A stretch of DNA of 62,973 bases, filler included, from Aduncisulcus paluster (GCA_024181965.1; 11 parts of 11 records of this genome joined end to end with filler, not necessarily neighbours in it), one strand, 5' to 3'; shown: positions 35,801 through 48,860, counted from the first letter of the whole stretch. The notes: a model not told the origin generated them from the letters alone. Made by a program: numbers and translations.

Positions 35801-38800
35801 CAGGAGCAGCACCAAAGGCTGACATCGTCATATCAACCATTTCTATCCTCTTCTGCGTGTCCTTCTCATCACTATCACCTTCAACAAGGGTCTTACGGAG
35901 CTTATCAGAAGCCGCAGAAGCAGCCCGAAGAACCTTACGCTCTTCACGAATCTTTCTCTTGCTCGCTTCCTCTTCCTTCTCAACGGAATGGCGAATGCTG
36001 TTAATTCGAGTGTACAACGATTGAATCTCTCTTCCAAGAGTTTCTGCCCTTTTCTCTCCATCTTCTAACTCCCCAAATAGCTGATCAACATCAACTTTGC
36101 TCCACCTCCTCAACTTCTTAAGCTTATTCTCCAACATTTCAAGTTTCTTCTCTTTGCCACTCTTCTTTTCCATAAGTTCAACCTTACTAAGCTCACGAAC
36201 TTTTAATTCTTCGGTCAACTTGGAGCTAATCTGTTCCAATTTTGTAACTTCTGTTTCAGTTTCCAGCAACCGTTTCCTCACCTCATCCTCAATGGTGGAC
36301 AGTAAACACGATACATGATCGATATCATCTTCGAGGGCCTTTTTCCGGCGTTCTAATATCAAAGAAGCATGAGTAAACGTGTACTGAAGTCCAATATGAT
36401 GAATATCGAATAATCCTCGTAATTTGGCAATAATCTTCATGAAATCAAAGCGATCGATTTGAGACGAAAACACAGCCCTCTGAAGTTCTCTTTTATGCCT
36501 AAGGAGTGTTTTTGCTCCTTCAGTAAGCTTTGAATCGGTCAAGAAATGTTCATATTTGGCCAACATTACTCCAACACTCCTTTCAATGGCCTCTTCTCCA
36601 ACAGACAGCCGTTGTTCTCTTCCTTGCAAACTCACCCTAACCACCTTTTCTTCACTAGCTCGAAGCAAAGAAGAGTGGGCACAGTGGGCACTCTGTTGAG
36701 CAATTGAAAGATAGTTTCGAAGAACATATGCAAGAGACTCAGATAATTTACGCAATGCAATGTTCTGTGTGAGTAACCGATATGCTTGCGTGGACTTGTA
36801 AGCTTCGATCGATGTACTCACAATGTTTTTCTGTTCACCTTCTTCCCAGATTAGGCGGTTACACATATCTTTCATTTCATAGAGCCTCGATACACAAGCT
36901 CGAAGTGTCCGATCTTGTAAATCCATTTTGGCCACTCCATTATTTCCATACCACTCTCCAATTTCCCTCCAAAAAGTGCTCAAAACACTATTAACATGGA
37001 GTTTGTTGACAAGATAACCTTGCCGCTCTTCCTCATTTTCATCCCCAATGACACGTTTACCCATCATCTCCACGCCTCCTTCCCACAAGCGCGAACCGTG
37101 AGTTGACACAGATCTGGATAAAATATTGAACAATAAATTACGGAGAGGGGGGACTTTGAGGATCGTATTCAGTTCATCCCGTTGATCTTGCGGCAAAGGA
37201 CATTGACAGAGAGAAATAGCACGTTGGAGACGAGAATGGACATCTCTTTCCACCCACAGTTTCGTAGAGGAGATTCTTGAGGAACTCAGACGTTTTCTTC
37301 CTTGCGAAATATGCGCAGAGATATGTTTCAAACAACACAAGTAATACAAAGTATCACGAACAAAACCAGAATTCTTCAAAATTCTAAATTTAGAATGAGA
37401 AACAATATGCTTGTTCCGATAGAAATTTCCGTCAATATTTTGAGGTTCATCCATATGTGGCATTGCCAATAAATCATATACAACTCTATCTGTGTCAATT
37501 TTGGAGTGAAGAAGAGGAACGTGAATAGTTGAAAGCTTTTTCTTTACCAATTGTCCCGATTCGTCATCAAACTTCATTTCTTCTTCAATACGTCTTTCAT
37601 TTTCTGCAATTTTAATCAATATTTTCAATAATCTTGCTTCTCTTGCCCTTCGAAACTCTTCCTCACGTTTCTTTATCATCCATTCGTTGCGTTTGTCAAT
37701 GGAACTCCGTTTCATCTTGTCTTCCTCCTGTTCTTCTTCCACCCGAAGCTTCTCAATCTCCTTGTTCCACAACTGGCACATACGTCGTTCCTTCGAACAG
37801 AGCATCATTGACATCCCAATTCCCTTCATTTCTCTCTCTAGGACAGCCAAGATGGACAGATATCCCGACTCGCTTTCACAGAGATCCCTAAGTTCATCCC
37901 AAATCATTTCAGACATGGAGTTGACAGAAGATTGATGGGGGAAAGTTGACGTGGGAGGAATTATAAGCCTTGTAAAGGGTAAATAACACATGTCCCCAGC
38001 TACAGAGTTCTCAAAACCTTGAGTAACTCTTCCAACATAACAACAAGAGTCCAAACTATCGAGAATGCCGGAAGAATAAGTCAATGATGACGATGCACTC
38101 AGGTTACACACCGATATCTTCGGTGTAGCGTTCTCCAAGGCCTTCATCTGTTGCAATGGAATAGGGGATAACCTGTGGAAAGCAATGAATGATTCACACC
38201 AACGTCTTTGAACCAATGATCTGGCAACAATGGCTCCAATACTCTGTTTGTGAGCTTCAGTAATTCCTTGACGCTTGACCATACTAAAAATAGACGATTT
38301 TTTCTCAGAAGTCCCAATCGTAGGATATATTTTGGCTGATGAAGACCCATTATCTTCACTTATTTCCTTTGAATCCTCCTCTTTATCACCATTCTTCTTT
38401 CCATGAGTCTTATCTCCCTCTTCCTCTTCCTCCTCCTCTTCTATTGACTCAATGCCATCTCTCTTCCTCTCTCTCCTCCTCTTTTCAGCCAAAACAGCCT
38501 CTTCCTCTTGCTCTCTGGCTTCACACATCCATATTTCCTCAATTTTCTTAGCAAAAAGTGAGTTTCCAACCTCAACACCCCCACCTCGGATTAATTCACA
38601 CACATACAATGGAATAGAGGCAATCGGAAGGAGTAAATTGTAAATCATGGTCGATCCTTGATATATATCTCGCATGCATGAACTCTCAAATCCACTCTCA
38701 CACAGCGAAAGTGATAAATGGGATGGATTTGGGATAGAGTTAGTGAAACAAGCGTTCTGAACATCGTCGGAATATGAAAATACCGAGGGTTGTTCGACAT

Positions 38801-41800
38801 GATCAAGGTAGACCTTGAATTTCTGTTCATTCTCCAAGTCAAGGTAAGGTTTAATTGAATCTTTTCTCTCCGCTTTCCCATTCCAGATCATCGAATTGCA
38901 AGGACAAAACACAGAAGCTAATTGAGGTCTTGTCGAATACATGCCATGGGCAGAGGAGTAGTCTGGAACTGAAGCCAAGTGAGGAACGATCGAATGTCTC
39001 AAAGACTTACCATTCCCGGCTTTAACGGATTTCTTATTGGATGGTAGAGAAGCAGAGAGAGGATGCAAGAGACTCATGGAGGGCATCATCGAAGTTGGAA
39101 TACATGGATCGATTGGAAAGACACACAGCTCTTCTATCTCTTGTGATCTTAGACTTTCACTCTCAATGGAGTCCCAAAGATCAGCTGGGTGAGGTGACCT
39201 CAACTGGATACCACAAGAGGACTCGATAACAGCAAACAGGGCATCAATTCGTTGCAATGTATCCAAATATAAATGGTCTGACGTATGTCTTTGGGTATGT
39301 AAAAGTGAGGAAAATATTGAACTTGACTGGTGCAACTGAGTATCATTCATTATCGTGAATGGATACTCAAATTGGTAGTCAGAATCAGCCACGATCTTCA
39401 GATTAACACATTGCTCCACCTCTTCCCGATGCTTTGAAGAAGTAGTGGTAATTCCAATGGCATTGGCTCTCTCAGCTCGTTTTCTGTTATCCTCTTCCCT
39501 CGAGAGCTTGAGAGAACGCATGTGTTCAGTATCATAAGGCCAGTCATCCGATCCAATATCCACAGTCTCTTCAGGATGAGGGAATCTATTCTTCCTTATA
39601 CGTTCACGAATAAACAACCCACGACAAGACAGGAGACAACATTCACCGATACCAACGATATTGGATAAGAAATCACCTTTCAATTTACGCATCATGGGGA
39701 TCACTTCTTCTTGTGGAACTTTAACGACAGTATTCGACAAAACTCTTATCTTTTTCTTCATGCTAAGACAAATGGCAAGTTGTTGCATTTTCCCATAATC
39801 GATAGCACATAGACAACCACATAGAACGTAGATATCATGCATAATGCTGCATACACGACACAAGGAGAGCAGAGAGTCCAATATGTGAGCAACATCGCGT
39901 CCAAATATCAACACAGCATACTCGGTGGGGATTTGAAAAGGGTTAATAATACACCCATCTACACGAACAGGCGTTTGAGACATCTCATTGGCAATATGCT
40001 CTTTGGGAGCTTCAAGATCACTCTCATTAACACATTCGAAGACATGTCGTTTCCCACCCAAANNNNNNNNNNNNNNNNNNNNAGAACGTAGATATCATGC
40101 ATAATGCTGCATACACGACACAAGGAGAGCAGAGAGTCCAATATGTGAGCAACATCGCGTCCAAATATCAACACAGCATACTCGGTGGGGATTTGAAAAG
40201 GGTTAATAATACACCCATCTACACGAACAGGCGTTTGAGACATCTCATTGGCAATATGCTCTTTGGGAGCTTCAAGATCACTCTCATTAACACATTCGAA
40301 GACATGTCGTTTCCCACCCAAAAAGGCTCTCAGCGATCTTACGGCTCGTACCGTCTGCAACCGAAGGAATAATTCTCTAATTTTAGGTATGAAGCACTGA
40401 ACATATCCACCACAGACCATACAACGAACAATATCCTCCGTCACAAGACCACCGAACGAGGCAGGGTCTTGATGCCTGTTATGCGCAATGAGATGGGACA
40501 TTTGATTCAAAAATAACCTTTTGCCCTCAATAAATGGCTTTTTAACATCATATATGCATTTTCCATACCGAGACAAGAGCCTAGAACGTGAAAGTTTGAA
40601 TGAAGGATCTCTTCGGGCAACGTTACTCATCGCCAAAGCAAGAGTATAATCATCAACGGAGGACAAAGAGGGTATATTTTCATCTGAACCTTTCGTTTCA
40701 AAGCTATCAGTAACATTCATAACCATTTTACGAACTTTCTCAAGCTCACTCATCCCCCCTACACTCTCTTTGGCCTTGAATAGGGCCTTCAAGGTGAGGA
40801 AGGTTTGATCTTTCCCCAAAATCTCAAGAGCTTTTCGTCTGACAACTTCCATTCCCATTTCTTCCATCACTTTGTTCTCCTTTTCCACTTCTGCCGTACT
40901 GACAGCCCTTAACACACAACCGTGGACACGAACATACCCAATCAGGGCGCTGACAACAGTCTCCTCAACAAACAGAGCAGATAAAAGGTGCAGCAATGTT
41001 GGTGAACACAATGTTAGAGAAATGGGCTGTGGAGCACCTTCGGAAAGACGTATAATAGGTTCTGGGAGTAACAATGCAGACAATCTATTCAAATTGGTAT
41101 ATGTAAGTGAGTGAATGTGTGATTCAGAAGAAGGAATGATGGCTGTCACAGCTGGAGGCAAGGAAGAGGTCAATGCTGCAGATGTTGCTGTGAGTTGATT
41201 GTTGAGGACATTCGTAGTACTTGGAGACACTTCTGATACAAGGCTTTGTTGCTTTCTATCCAAAGTATGCTGAATAAAAGAGGGCAAATATTCTTCATAA
41301 CCGAACTCAGAGAGTTGTTTCACACAAATACTCCACAACAAGGACGAATGGAACTGTGTATTTGTATATCTACGATAACATAAGCACATGTTTATACCGT
41401 TCACCCACACACGCATCGGAAGAGGTAATGTATCATGTGGTTCTCCGCCCCAACGATCGAACAAAGCCATCCTAACAATTGAAGCAATGTCCATATCCTC
41501 ACAAGATGCAGGAAACTCACCCTCTCGTGCCAGGCGCATATCCACATGGGGTTGAATACTATACTTATCCTTATGGTCGAGCATATCAAGCTCATCTCTA
41601 ACAAGAGCATCAACACACGAATGAGAAAGCAAGAAAGGGTTCATCGGATTGTCAAATACATGGGAGGCTGCTGGATCCTTCAGTTGCTTCTCTTCTTTAA
41701 ATACTTCTTCACGGAGTCTCTCGAGGAAGAACGTGTAAAGAGCACAACGCACAGAGGCGACTGTTGAGGAAGATGGCAACAAGGGAGGGACATTATCATT

Positions 41801-44478
41801 TTCCCTATTCCTTCTCTTCATGCGAGAGGAGAATATGGAGCCTCTCGATGAGGCTCTGGAGGAGGAAGGAGTGGTGGAGGGCGAAGATCCATACCCACCT
41901 CGACTGGCTGCTCTGCTCTCAGCCCTCTCTTGTTCCATTGTCTTCTCATGCAACTCTTTGCCCAATAGTCCTCCATATTCTCCCCAGCCCATATACCGCA
42001 ACACAACATCAACAGCGGCCTCAATTGCATCAATAATCTCACAAGTGCAGCCAACAGATTCATGGACATCTCCGAGCCCAATTGGAGTACCATGGGAGAT
42101 AAGGATAAGATGAGGGATAAGTGATTTGAACAAAGGGAAAGGGTAGAACAATCCTTTATCCGTACCATGTCCTGTGACGGGAACAGCTCCAGTTCCGTTA
42201 TCATGTTTTCCTTCCTTCAGCTTCCTTTCATGTACAGTCTCACCACCGTCGATGGCACTCTGTTTAATAAGCTTTATATTCTTCCTTCCACCTTCTCCCT
42301 TCTCTCCCCAACGAAGAAGACTAACCTCACGTCTCACACATGCGGCAAGACTCTCTCGGACACAACGTCCCATCATCTCAAGGGTAACAGTTGTAATGGC
42401 ATAGGAAGATCTGAGATATGGAATGGACAGAACACCACTGAGAGATATGGACCCATGAAAAACATCCAAGAGGTTCGTGCCATCTGCTGAAACAGAAGGT
42501 TCACCACTCTTCGTAGTCGAGTTTGAATGATATTCCTTCTCAGTATCTTGACTATCAAACAATGGAGATCCTGGCGTTGGCAATGTAATGTTAGGCCTGC
42601 AATTGATCACATCGTACATTTGACTCACAAATCTTGAAGCTTGATGAGTTTGTGTTGTATGTTTAAAGGCTTCATAAAGGGCATGTACGACCTGTCTTTT
42701 AGCTCTAAGGAGACATAATTCACTCTCACAGACATCTTCATACATCTTGAGTCTGTCAACTCTCCGCCATTTTCCATCTTTCCCTTCTTCAACATCTTCC
42801 TCGTGAATTATATTCCTTTCCATCCACTGCACTGCCTCAGCTCCTTTCCTACACACGACAATCTCATACGTCTGAATGAAGTGAGACATCAAAAGAATAT
42901 GGAACCTATCAATCTTGTCTAATTCGACAAGGGTAGAATCTAGCAACAATCGAGTACCATCGCTATCAACAACACAGACCTCGGTGTGGGGGTCTGACTT
43001 AATATATGGTTCAAATAAGAGAGGGAGTGAGAATACAGAGGATGGAACTTCCGATTTGAGTATTGATTTCTCCTGAGAAAATAAAGACGCGGGAGAAATT
43101 GAAGAAGAATCATCAGGTTGCTTAGCGGCACTTGATGCACCAAGCCCAGCCATGGATATGCTTGGATTCTCTTCCTTGTTTTCATGCAGGAATTCCTTCA
43201 TGTTCACAACAGAAACCAGAGGATTCCGAACATCTTGTTGCTTCATTTCTATACCATTCCCCTCTTTATCGCGGACGGTGGCACGGTCGTTGTTGTCATC
43301 CTGTCCATTGACCTTTAACAGGATCCCTGGATGACTGGGAGCAGTGTAAGATATGGAAGAACCAGCTGCAGCGTGAGATGAAGAATCGTCTTCATTAGCA
43401 TCTCCACTGAGGTTCTTCACATGCAAACGCTCAGCACCACGGACTTTCTCACGTTCTAAATATAGATCATTAGAGAGAGAGAGAACATCGGGGATGCATA
43501 TGACACCATTCAATGATTTTCTACCATATAATGAAAGACACACTGATCTAAAAATAGACATAATACTATTCAAAATCGCGACCATTTTATGTCTTGCAGA
43601 TATCAGTTTGAGGATTCGTAACATATATAAAGATGTGAGAGAGGCCACGGATGATGATGCAAATCCCCCAGACATTCTTGAGGATGTTCCAGACATTCTT
43701 GAGGATGTTCCAGAGGCACGAGAAGAAGATCTAGCCGATCCTTCAACTCTTGGGGTTGCTTTCTTCTTCACCCTAAGCTTGTCTCCCTTTTCTCCTCTCC
43801 CAGAGGCGTCGCTTACTCCTCCTCCGAGTATCCCATTAAAGGCTATATCTCCACCGTCATCCACGACTACTCCAAGTCTATCTTCACCTTCAGTTGTGTC
43901 TCCGATCTGTAAAGGATCACCATCACGTTCATCCCTTTCCAGTGAATGGAGCTTCTCCTGGAAATCCCTTGCCCTCATCTCCCGTCTGGCCTCACGAGTT
44001 AACGAACGAGGCTGAATCTCATGAGAAAGTGTGTGTATGTGTGTTCTTGAATGGTGTGTATTGATAAGCATGTTGATGTTGTGCATTAAAACTTGGAAGA
44101 AAGACGTCGCAACCGAAACATCGAAGAAGTCAGCACCAACTGCGGTGGTATCTGATATTTTGGGTGCTTTTGAATGATCAGACCCTGGTTTCATATCCAA
44201 TCCCAAGTCCTGTCCTTCCTCAAGATTCCCTCTCAGGGCAAGGGTTCCATCTCGGATCAAACTAACAAGAATAACACTCTCCCTGTCAATAGCAGAGGGT
44301 GAGGGAGGGAGAGAAGGAGGCACAGGTGGAAGGAGAGCCGAAGAAGAGGAAGAGTCTTGATGGCTTGGATGATCACTTGAAGCCGTTGGGTTGGAGCCAG
44401 CGACACCATCCAGGGGTGCAGAGGACAAGGCATGACCGAGTGATTTTGAACTGGATTTAGAGAATGACATCTTCTGCC
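35801..44478 (-). CDS. Giant (>2700 aa) CCDC162-like protein, partial at both ends
   Basis: Two ORFs join across gap artefact 40063-40082. DRLKMYEDVCESELCLLRAKRQVVHALYEAFKH...MYDVINCRP resembles a conserved CCDC162 block (from memory, unverified); long C-terminal coiled coil. Confidence 0.55.
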
Positions 44479-44578
44479 NNNNNNNNNNNNNNNNNNNNNN
44501 NNNNNNNNNNNNNNNNNNNNNNTTAATTAATTAANNNNNNNNNNNNNNNNNNNNNNNNNNNNNNNNNNNNNNNNNNNN

Positions 44579-45091
44579 ATGGCTTTTATCGACAGCTAAA
44601 GCTGTTTCGCCAGGTTCTGTCGAACCTGGGAGACCTGGTGACACATTCCCCTTCCGGGTGATGTCATGAACCAGATCTCCTCTGATGGCTTTACCTGTGC
44701 CCCCAACCTCCGTGGAGGAAGGGATGAGCACAGCACCACCAGATGGGTTAGCTTGCCGAAGGGTTCTGACCCCGGATACTGAGCTATTTTCAACGAGATG
44801 ACTCATTGTCAAATCCAGGGGAGTCTTTGACTTCCTTTTATCAGTTAACATGATAAACTTTTGTTTATCTCCGGAATCCCTTTGGGATTCGCTCGTGCCT
44901 AGAGGTTTTCCTCTTTCGGCCATCAAATCAAAAGTAAGACTATTATCACGTACAGTAAAATGCATTTTGTGGTAGTACTAAACAAATAAACCTAAAAATC
45001 TTTTATACGGATCGTAACGGTTCCACAATTTATTAAATATCTGATCGGGCGGTAATCAACCGGTACCGCCTGTGCCCAGCCGCCGCCAACA
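44579..45091 (-). mobile_element. 5' end of an LTR element: LTR 45091-44968 (124 bp), palindrome 44968-44957, ORF from 44965 or 44923 truncated at the scaffold end
   Basis: TGTTGG...CCACA termini, GGCGGTA/TACCGCC hairpin, TAATAAATTGT, then AAAATGCATTTT and an open frame. A gag identity for the ORF is not demonstrable in the part seen. Confidence 0.65.
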
Positions 45092-45402
45092 CTTGTCTAC
45101 CCGATTATCCCTACTAGGGATGGATAGTATCCATTCATTGCCGTTTTAAGATCAGCAAAAACCCCACTATTATCTACTTCGAACTTAAAATATCCACATA
45201 GCACTATTTTGCACGTTTCAAACTCTCCACATTCAAGGAAACCGATATTTGTTGTTCTATTCCTCAATTTGCTATTATAATGCAAATAAAAATTGAATTT
45301 GTAATAAAATGGTGCATTATCCAACCTTTTTTGACAAATTTAATAAATATGTGTGGGACCTCCATATTTTTTTGAAAAACTCATCTTCCTTGTCCAACAC
45401 CA

Positions 45403-46847
45403 ATGAATTTTGGAGCCTTATCCCATCTATTTCGACCAGTTGTATCTTCGAAACCGGCCCCAGTCAAAAATACAAAGGCTGAACCTGACCCCGAAAGTGT
45501 CGATGTGTTAAGCCTTGTAATGAATCCTTTATTTACAAATAGGATGAGATCCTATCAAAAATATGAAGTTGATGCTATTAGTAAGGAGTTACCCGGTCTG
45601 ATGAAGTATTATTTCACACCTCTTTTGAAAAAACATATGCTTCCCGATAATGTTGCCATTTTTAAAGGAATCGATGCCTTATTTTCAAGATCTCTTATAT
45701 TACCTAGTGGTAATCATAAAGAAATAATAGAAAAGATAGCTTCCCAGGATAATATTCTATCTCAGGCCTTTTTTTGCCTTCAGTGTATTTTATCCCCAAA
45801 TGAGATCTTTCATCTGAAAAAAGGGAAAATTTCCGAGCCCATTGAGATAATTGTTCCGGAATTTAAAGAACCAATCCCATTTTCAAGGGAGTCGGAGCCG
45901 TCGAAGGATTTCCAGCACTCTCTTGGAAAACGTTTTAAGGAATATATTGAGAAGATAAATGATTTTTCTAAGAAACAAAAAACACCACCAAAAAAAAAGA
46001 TAGTCTCTTCACCTCTTGACATTCTTGATGATGTGATTGGCGCTGAATTAAAAGAATTAAAAGCCATCTTCCCCAGTAAGCCATTTAAACATTTAGAAGG
46101 CAAACCCCCTGTTTATAATGGCCACCCTTCTTCTATTTCGAGTGCCCATCGATTCTTTGTTGAGCGTAGTGTGTTGCAGTCGATGGAATTGCCAGCGTCT
46201 GAATCTGACGTTTTTCGCAACTATAAATGGTTATTGAAGAAAAGAAAGCCCCATCCCACGTCAGACTTTCATACTAAAGCCTTCTTTGGCTCCGCTATGT
46301 CCTCCAAGGAGAGAAAGAAACACGAGAAAGAGGTCGAAGCAAGAGTTATAGAGTGGACAGCAGAAAACGAGAAATGGATTGCTTACCAGACCGAAGAGGC
46401 TGAAAAATTGGATGACGCTGCGCGTTTTGCGATCCCCCCGCCAGATCCATGGAAACCAGTCGAGATTACTGACTTTATGCGATCATTCGAAGGTGAAGAA
46501 TGTGAGGAGCCCATGTTTCCATTCACTGATTGCACTCATGTTCTCAGAGTCAGGTGTGATCGTGCTGCCACCATGTTATCTGTAATAGCCCGATATTTTC
46601 CTCAGAGGATGTATGACTTCTTGAAAGCTCATCCCTGGTGCCTTGAAGTTCTGTGCGAATCTATTGCTATTCCGTGTGTTCAAGATCTCTTCGCCACCAT
46701 CTTAACTGGTGTGATGCGCAGTGATCAAATGAAGTATCCCTTCGACACTACTATACGGGCCGATGCTCAGAATCGTTATGATGATTGTCCATTTGCTTTG
46801 CACCCAATTGTCGAGAATGTTCTGCCTTCGTTCAATCACATTGAAGA
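45403..46847 (+). CDS. Unknown protein, possibly SAPS/PP6-regulatory-subunit-like, 3'-truncated
   Basis: Long ORF; QRMYDFLKAHPWCLEVLCESIAIPCVQDLF weakly resembles SAPS-domain helices. The family call is tentative. Confidence 0.45.
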
Positions 46848-46947
46848 NNNNNNNNNNNNNNNNNNNNNNNNNNNNNNNNNNNNNNNNNNNNTTAATTAAT
46901 TAANNNNNNNNNNNNNNNNNNNNNNNNNNNNNNNNNNNNNNNNNNNN

Positions 46948-47367
46948 ATCTGGAATTCGTAGACAGCGTCCAGACCCGTGGTAGCACCAAAGTACGCAGA
47001 AACTGTTGTCAAAAAGGAAATTTCTCGTTCTTTGACTTGTTCTTCTGTACAACCTGAAGGGTCCTCGAGAACAGCATCCGTCACGTCCAGGTAGATAATT
47101 AACACCTCAGGTGGGATTAATCCGAACAAGGTTGCCTTCCCGCCCAGCGCTCGATATTGGCGAAACTTTTTCAAAAAACTTCGGAAAATAGATTTTTCCC
47201 AAACCCAAATAAAATAGGAGCAGCCTTAATCGGCTGTAACTGTGGATTACTCATAGAAAAATAATTATTTTGTACTATGATTGGTACAATTTATTAAATA
47301 AAAATAGAACGAACAGTTGGATCTAAAAATAGATATGTGAGAAACATTAAAATAATTATCCGTAACA
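46948..47367 (-). mobile_element. Nested LTR element B: LTR 47367-47271 (97 bp), palindrome 47271-47258, gag from ATG 47254 (1-nt frameshift in A run near 47195), truncated
   Basis: TGTTAC...GTACA. Repaired gag MSNPQLQPIKAAPILFGFGKKSIFRSFLKKFRQYRALGGK aligns with element A gag (QPFLDTVTTKSWTDFVSEYQHYRSLGGK). The LTR shares TCTATTTTTAGA and TTTAATAAATT with LTR A. Confidence 0.75.
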
Positions 47368-48600
47368 CTTGTCGGCTTGAGTCATTGGTTGGCCCCATGA
47401 TATGAGGCCCGCTGCTTCAATGCATCTGGCTGATAGGATTAACCTCTCCGATGGGTTCGTGAGTTTGGTGATGATACATGTCTCTTCAAATACCACCGAG
47501 GCTCCGTCAAACCCGGGCACCTTGATGAGAAGATGAATACTATTCGTGGAAGTCATTTCACCACCCTCGATTCCTGAGAGGATCACAGGATGTGTCTCCT
47601 TTATCTCTTCCTTCCAGTTGTTCGCGAGCGATTCGTCGATGACCGATACATCTGCCCCCGTATCTAAAAGGGCGTGTGTCGTTTGTATGTTGGTCCCTTC
47701 ATCAGTGCTAAGCCATACCTCTCTTCGAGCTTTGCTGGTATTAATCACATTCATCCGGTACTTAGGGGAGGCTTTACTGGGAACCTCTTGGCAAGCGCTG
47801 GCATAGTGACCAACCTTGTGGCACTTATTACAGATGACTCCTGGGAAGAATCTCTTGTAGCGAGGGTCTCTGTGTTTGATGAATGCTCGGGGTGGGCGTT
47901 CCCCCTTACTGTGTCTCTTACTGCTTGTTACCCTCTCTGCCGATGTCTGTCGAGGAAAACGTCGCTTGCCCACTCTTGACGGGCAGTCCCGAGCTTTGTG
48001 TCCTTTTCCTCCACACTCGAAGCAAATGATGGTCGTTGGTGCGTCTGCTGGAGTAGGAGTACCACGAGTAATTCTGACTTCGGCCTCATTTGCAAGCATC
48101 AGGCGAACCTGGCAAGCAGCCACTGTCACCAGTTCGGGTACTCGGTATTCCTCTGAGGGAATAGATGCTGTCACTCTTTCCACCAAGCGAGTGGGGCGAA
48201 GGCCCTTAATAAAGAGCTCTGCTACCATTTTCGGGTCTGGTTTCACTAGCGCACGGCCGAGAGTGTCCACAAAGTCCTGGGCGAACTGGATGAAGTTGTC
48301 CACGGTCAGCGGTAGCTTTACAGTGAGAAGTCGTAACTTATCGTACAACTCGATGTTAGTTGTCGTGGAAAAAAGCTTTTCGGTCTCCAAGAAAGCGTTG
48401 TCGCGCTGCGTCTGCAAATCGAACGTCGTGACCCCAGAAATAGTCGAAATGAATCGTAAGGCAGAAACCGAACACATAGCCGGCCATTCCACCTTCCCTC
48501 CAAGGGAGCGGTAGTGCTGATACTCGGAAACAAAGTCAGTCCAGCTTTTTGTTGTGACAGTGTCCAAAAACGGTTGAATAATCTTGTCCTTTTTGTCCAT
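47356..48600 (-). CDS. Ty3/gypsy-like Gag-protease of element A, interrupted by element B
   Basis: Two CCHC knuckles (CFECGGKGHKARDC, CNKCHKVGHYASAC) and aspartic protease ALLDTGADVSVI. The last codons (CYG*) come from LTR B. Confidence 0.88.
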   Translation of the reverse strand: MDKKDKIIQPFLDTVTTKSWTDFVSEYQHYRSLGGKVEWPAMCSVSALRFISTISGVTTFDLQTQRDNAFLETEKLFSTTTNIELYDKLRLLTVKLPLTVDNFIQFAQDFVDTLGRALVKPDPKMVAELFIKGLRPTRLVERVTASIPSEEYRVPELVTVAACQVRLMLANEAEVRITRGTPTPADAPTTIICFECGGKGHKARDCPSRVGKRRFPRQTSAERVTSSKRHSKGERPPRAFIKHRDPRYKRFFPGVICNKCHKVGHYASACQEVPSKASPKYRMNVINTSKARREVWLSTDEGTNIQTTHALLDTGADVSVIDESLANNWKEEIKETHPVILSGIEGGEMTSTNSIHLLIKVPGFDGASVVFEETCIITKLTNPSERLILSARCIEAAGLISWGQPMTQADKCYG

Positions 48601-48610
48601 ACGAGATATT

Positions 48611-48715
48611 CAATATTAATATTGTTATCTTCTATGAAGACTTGGATCAAATTTATTAAAAATAAACGGTTGTCGATCGGAGTTCTAAAAATAGACCAAT
48701 GAGAATCTCACAACA
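48611..48715 (-). mobile_element. 5' LTR of element A (48715-48623, 93 bp) plus palindrome 48624-48611
   Basis: TGTTGT...ATAACA termini, TTTAATAAATTTG, then CAATATTAATATTG; gag ATG is 22 nt after the LTR end. Confidence 0.72.
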
Positions 48716-48765
48716 ATGCGATGAAAGAAAAAGTTGTGGTGAATAACAATAAAAATACTTGTGGC

Positions 48766-48836
48766 TGTAGCAAATTTACTTTAATAGACTTCAATGGTCA
48801 TAATGCTTGTCATGTCATCCCTCATGACAAGCTACA
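48766..48836 (-). mobile_element. Candidate 71-bp solo mini-LTR or MITE
   Basis: TGTAGC...GCTACA terminal inverted repeat, 10-bp hairpin GCTTGTCATG/CATGACAAGC and ATTAAA. No target-site duplication. Confidence 0.4.
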
Positions 48837-48860
48837 GTACCTTACAGTACGTTAATAAAA

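Noticed and set aside
47235-47367. Alternative 133-bp boundary for LTR B ending at GTTACA, or LTR B as the 3' LTR of element A
   Set aside because: That boundary would swallow the gag ATG at 47254. LTRs A and B are too diverged to be one insertion's pair, and no PPT precedes B.
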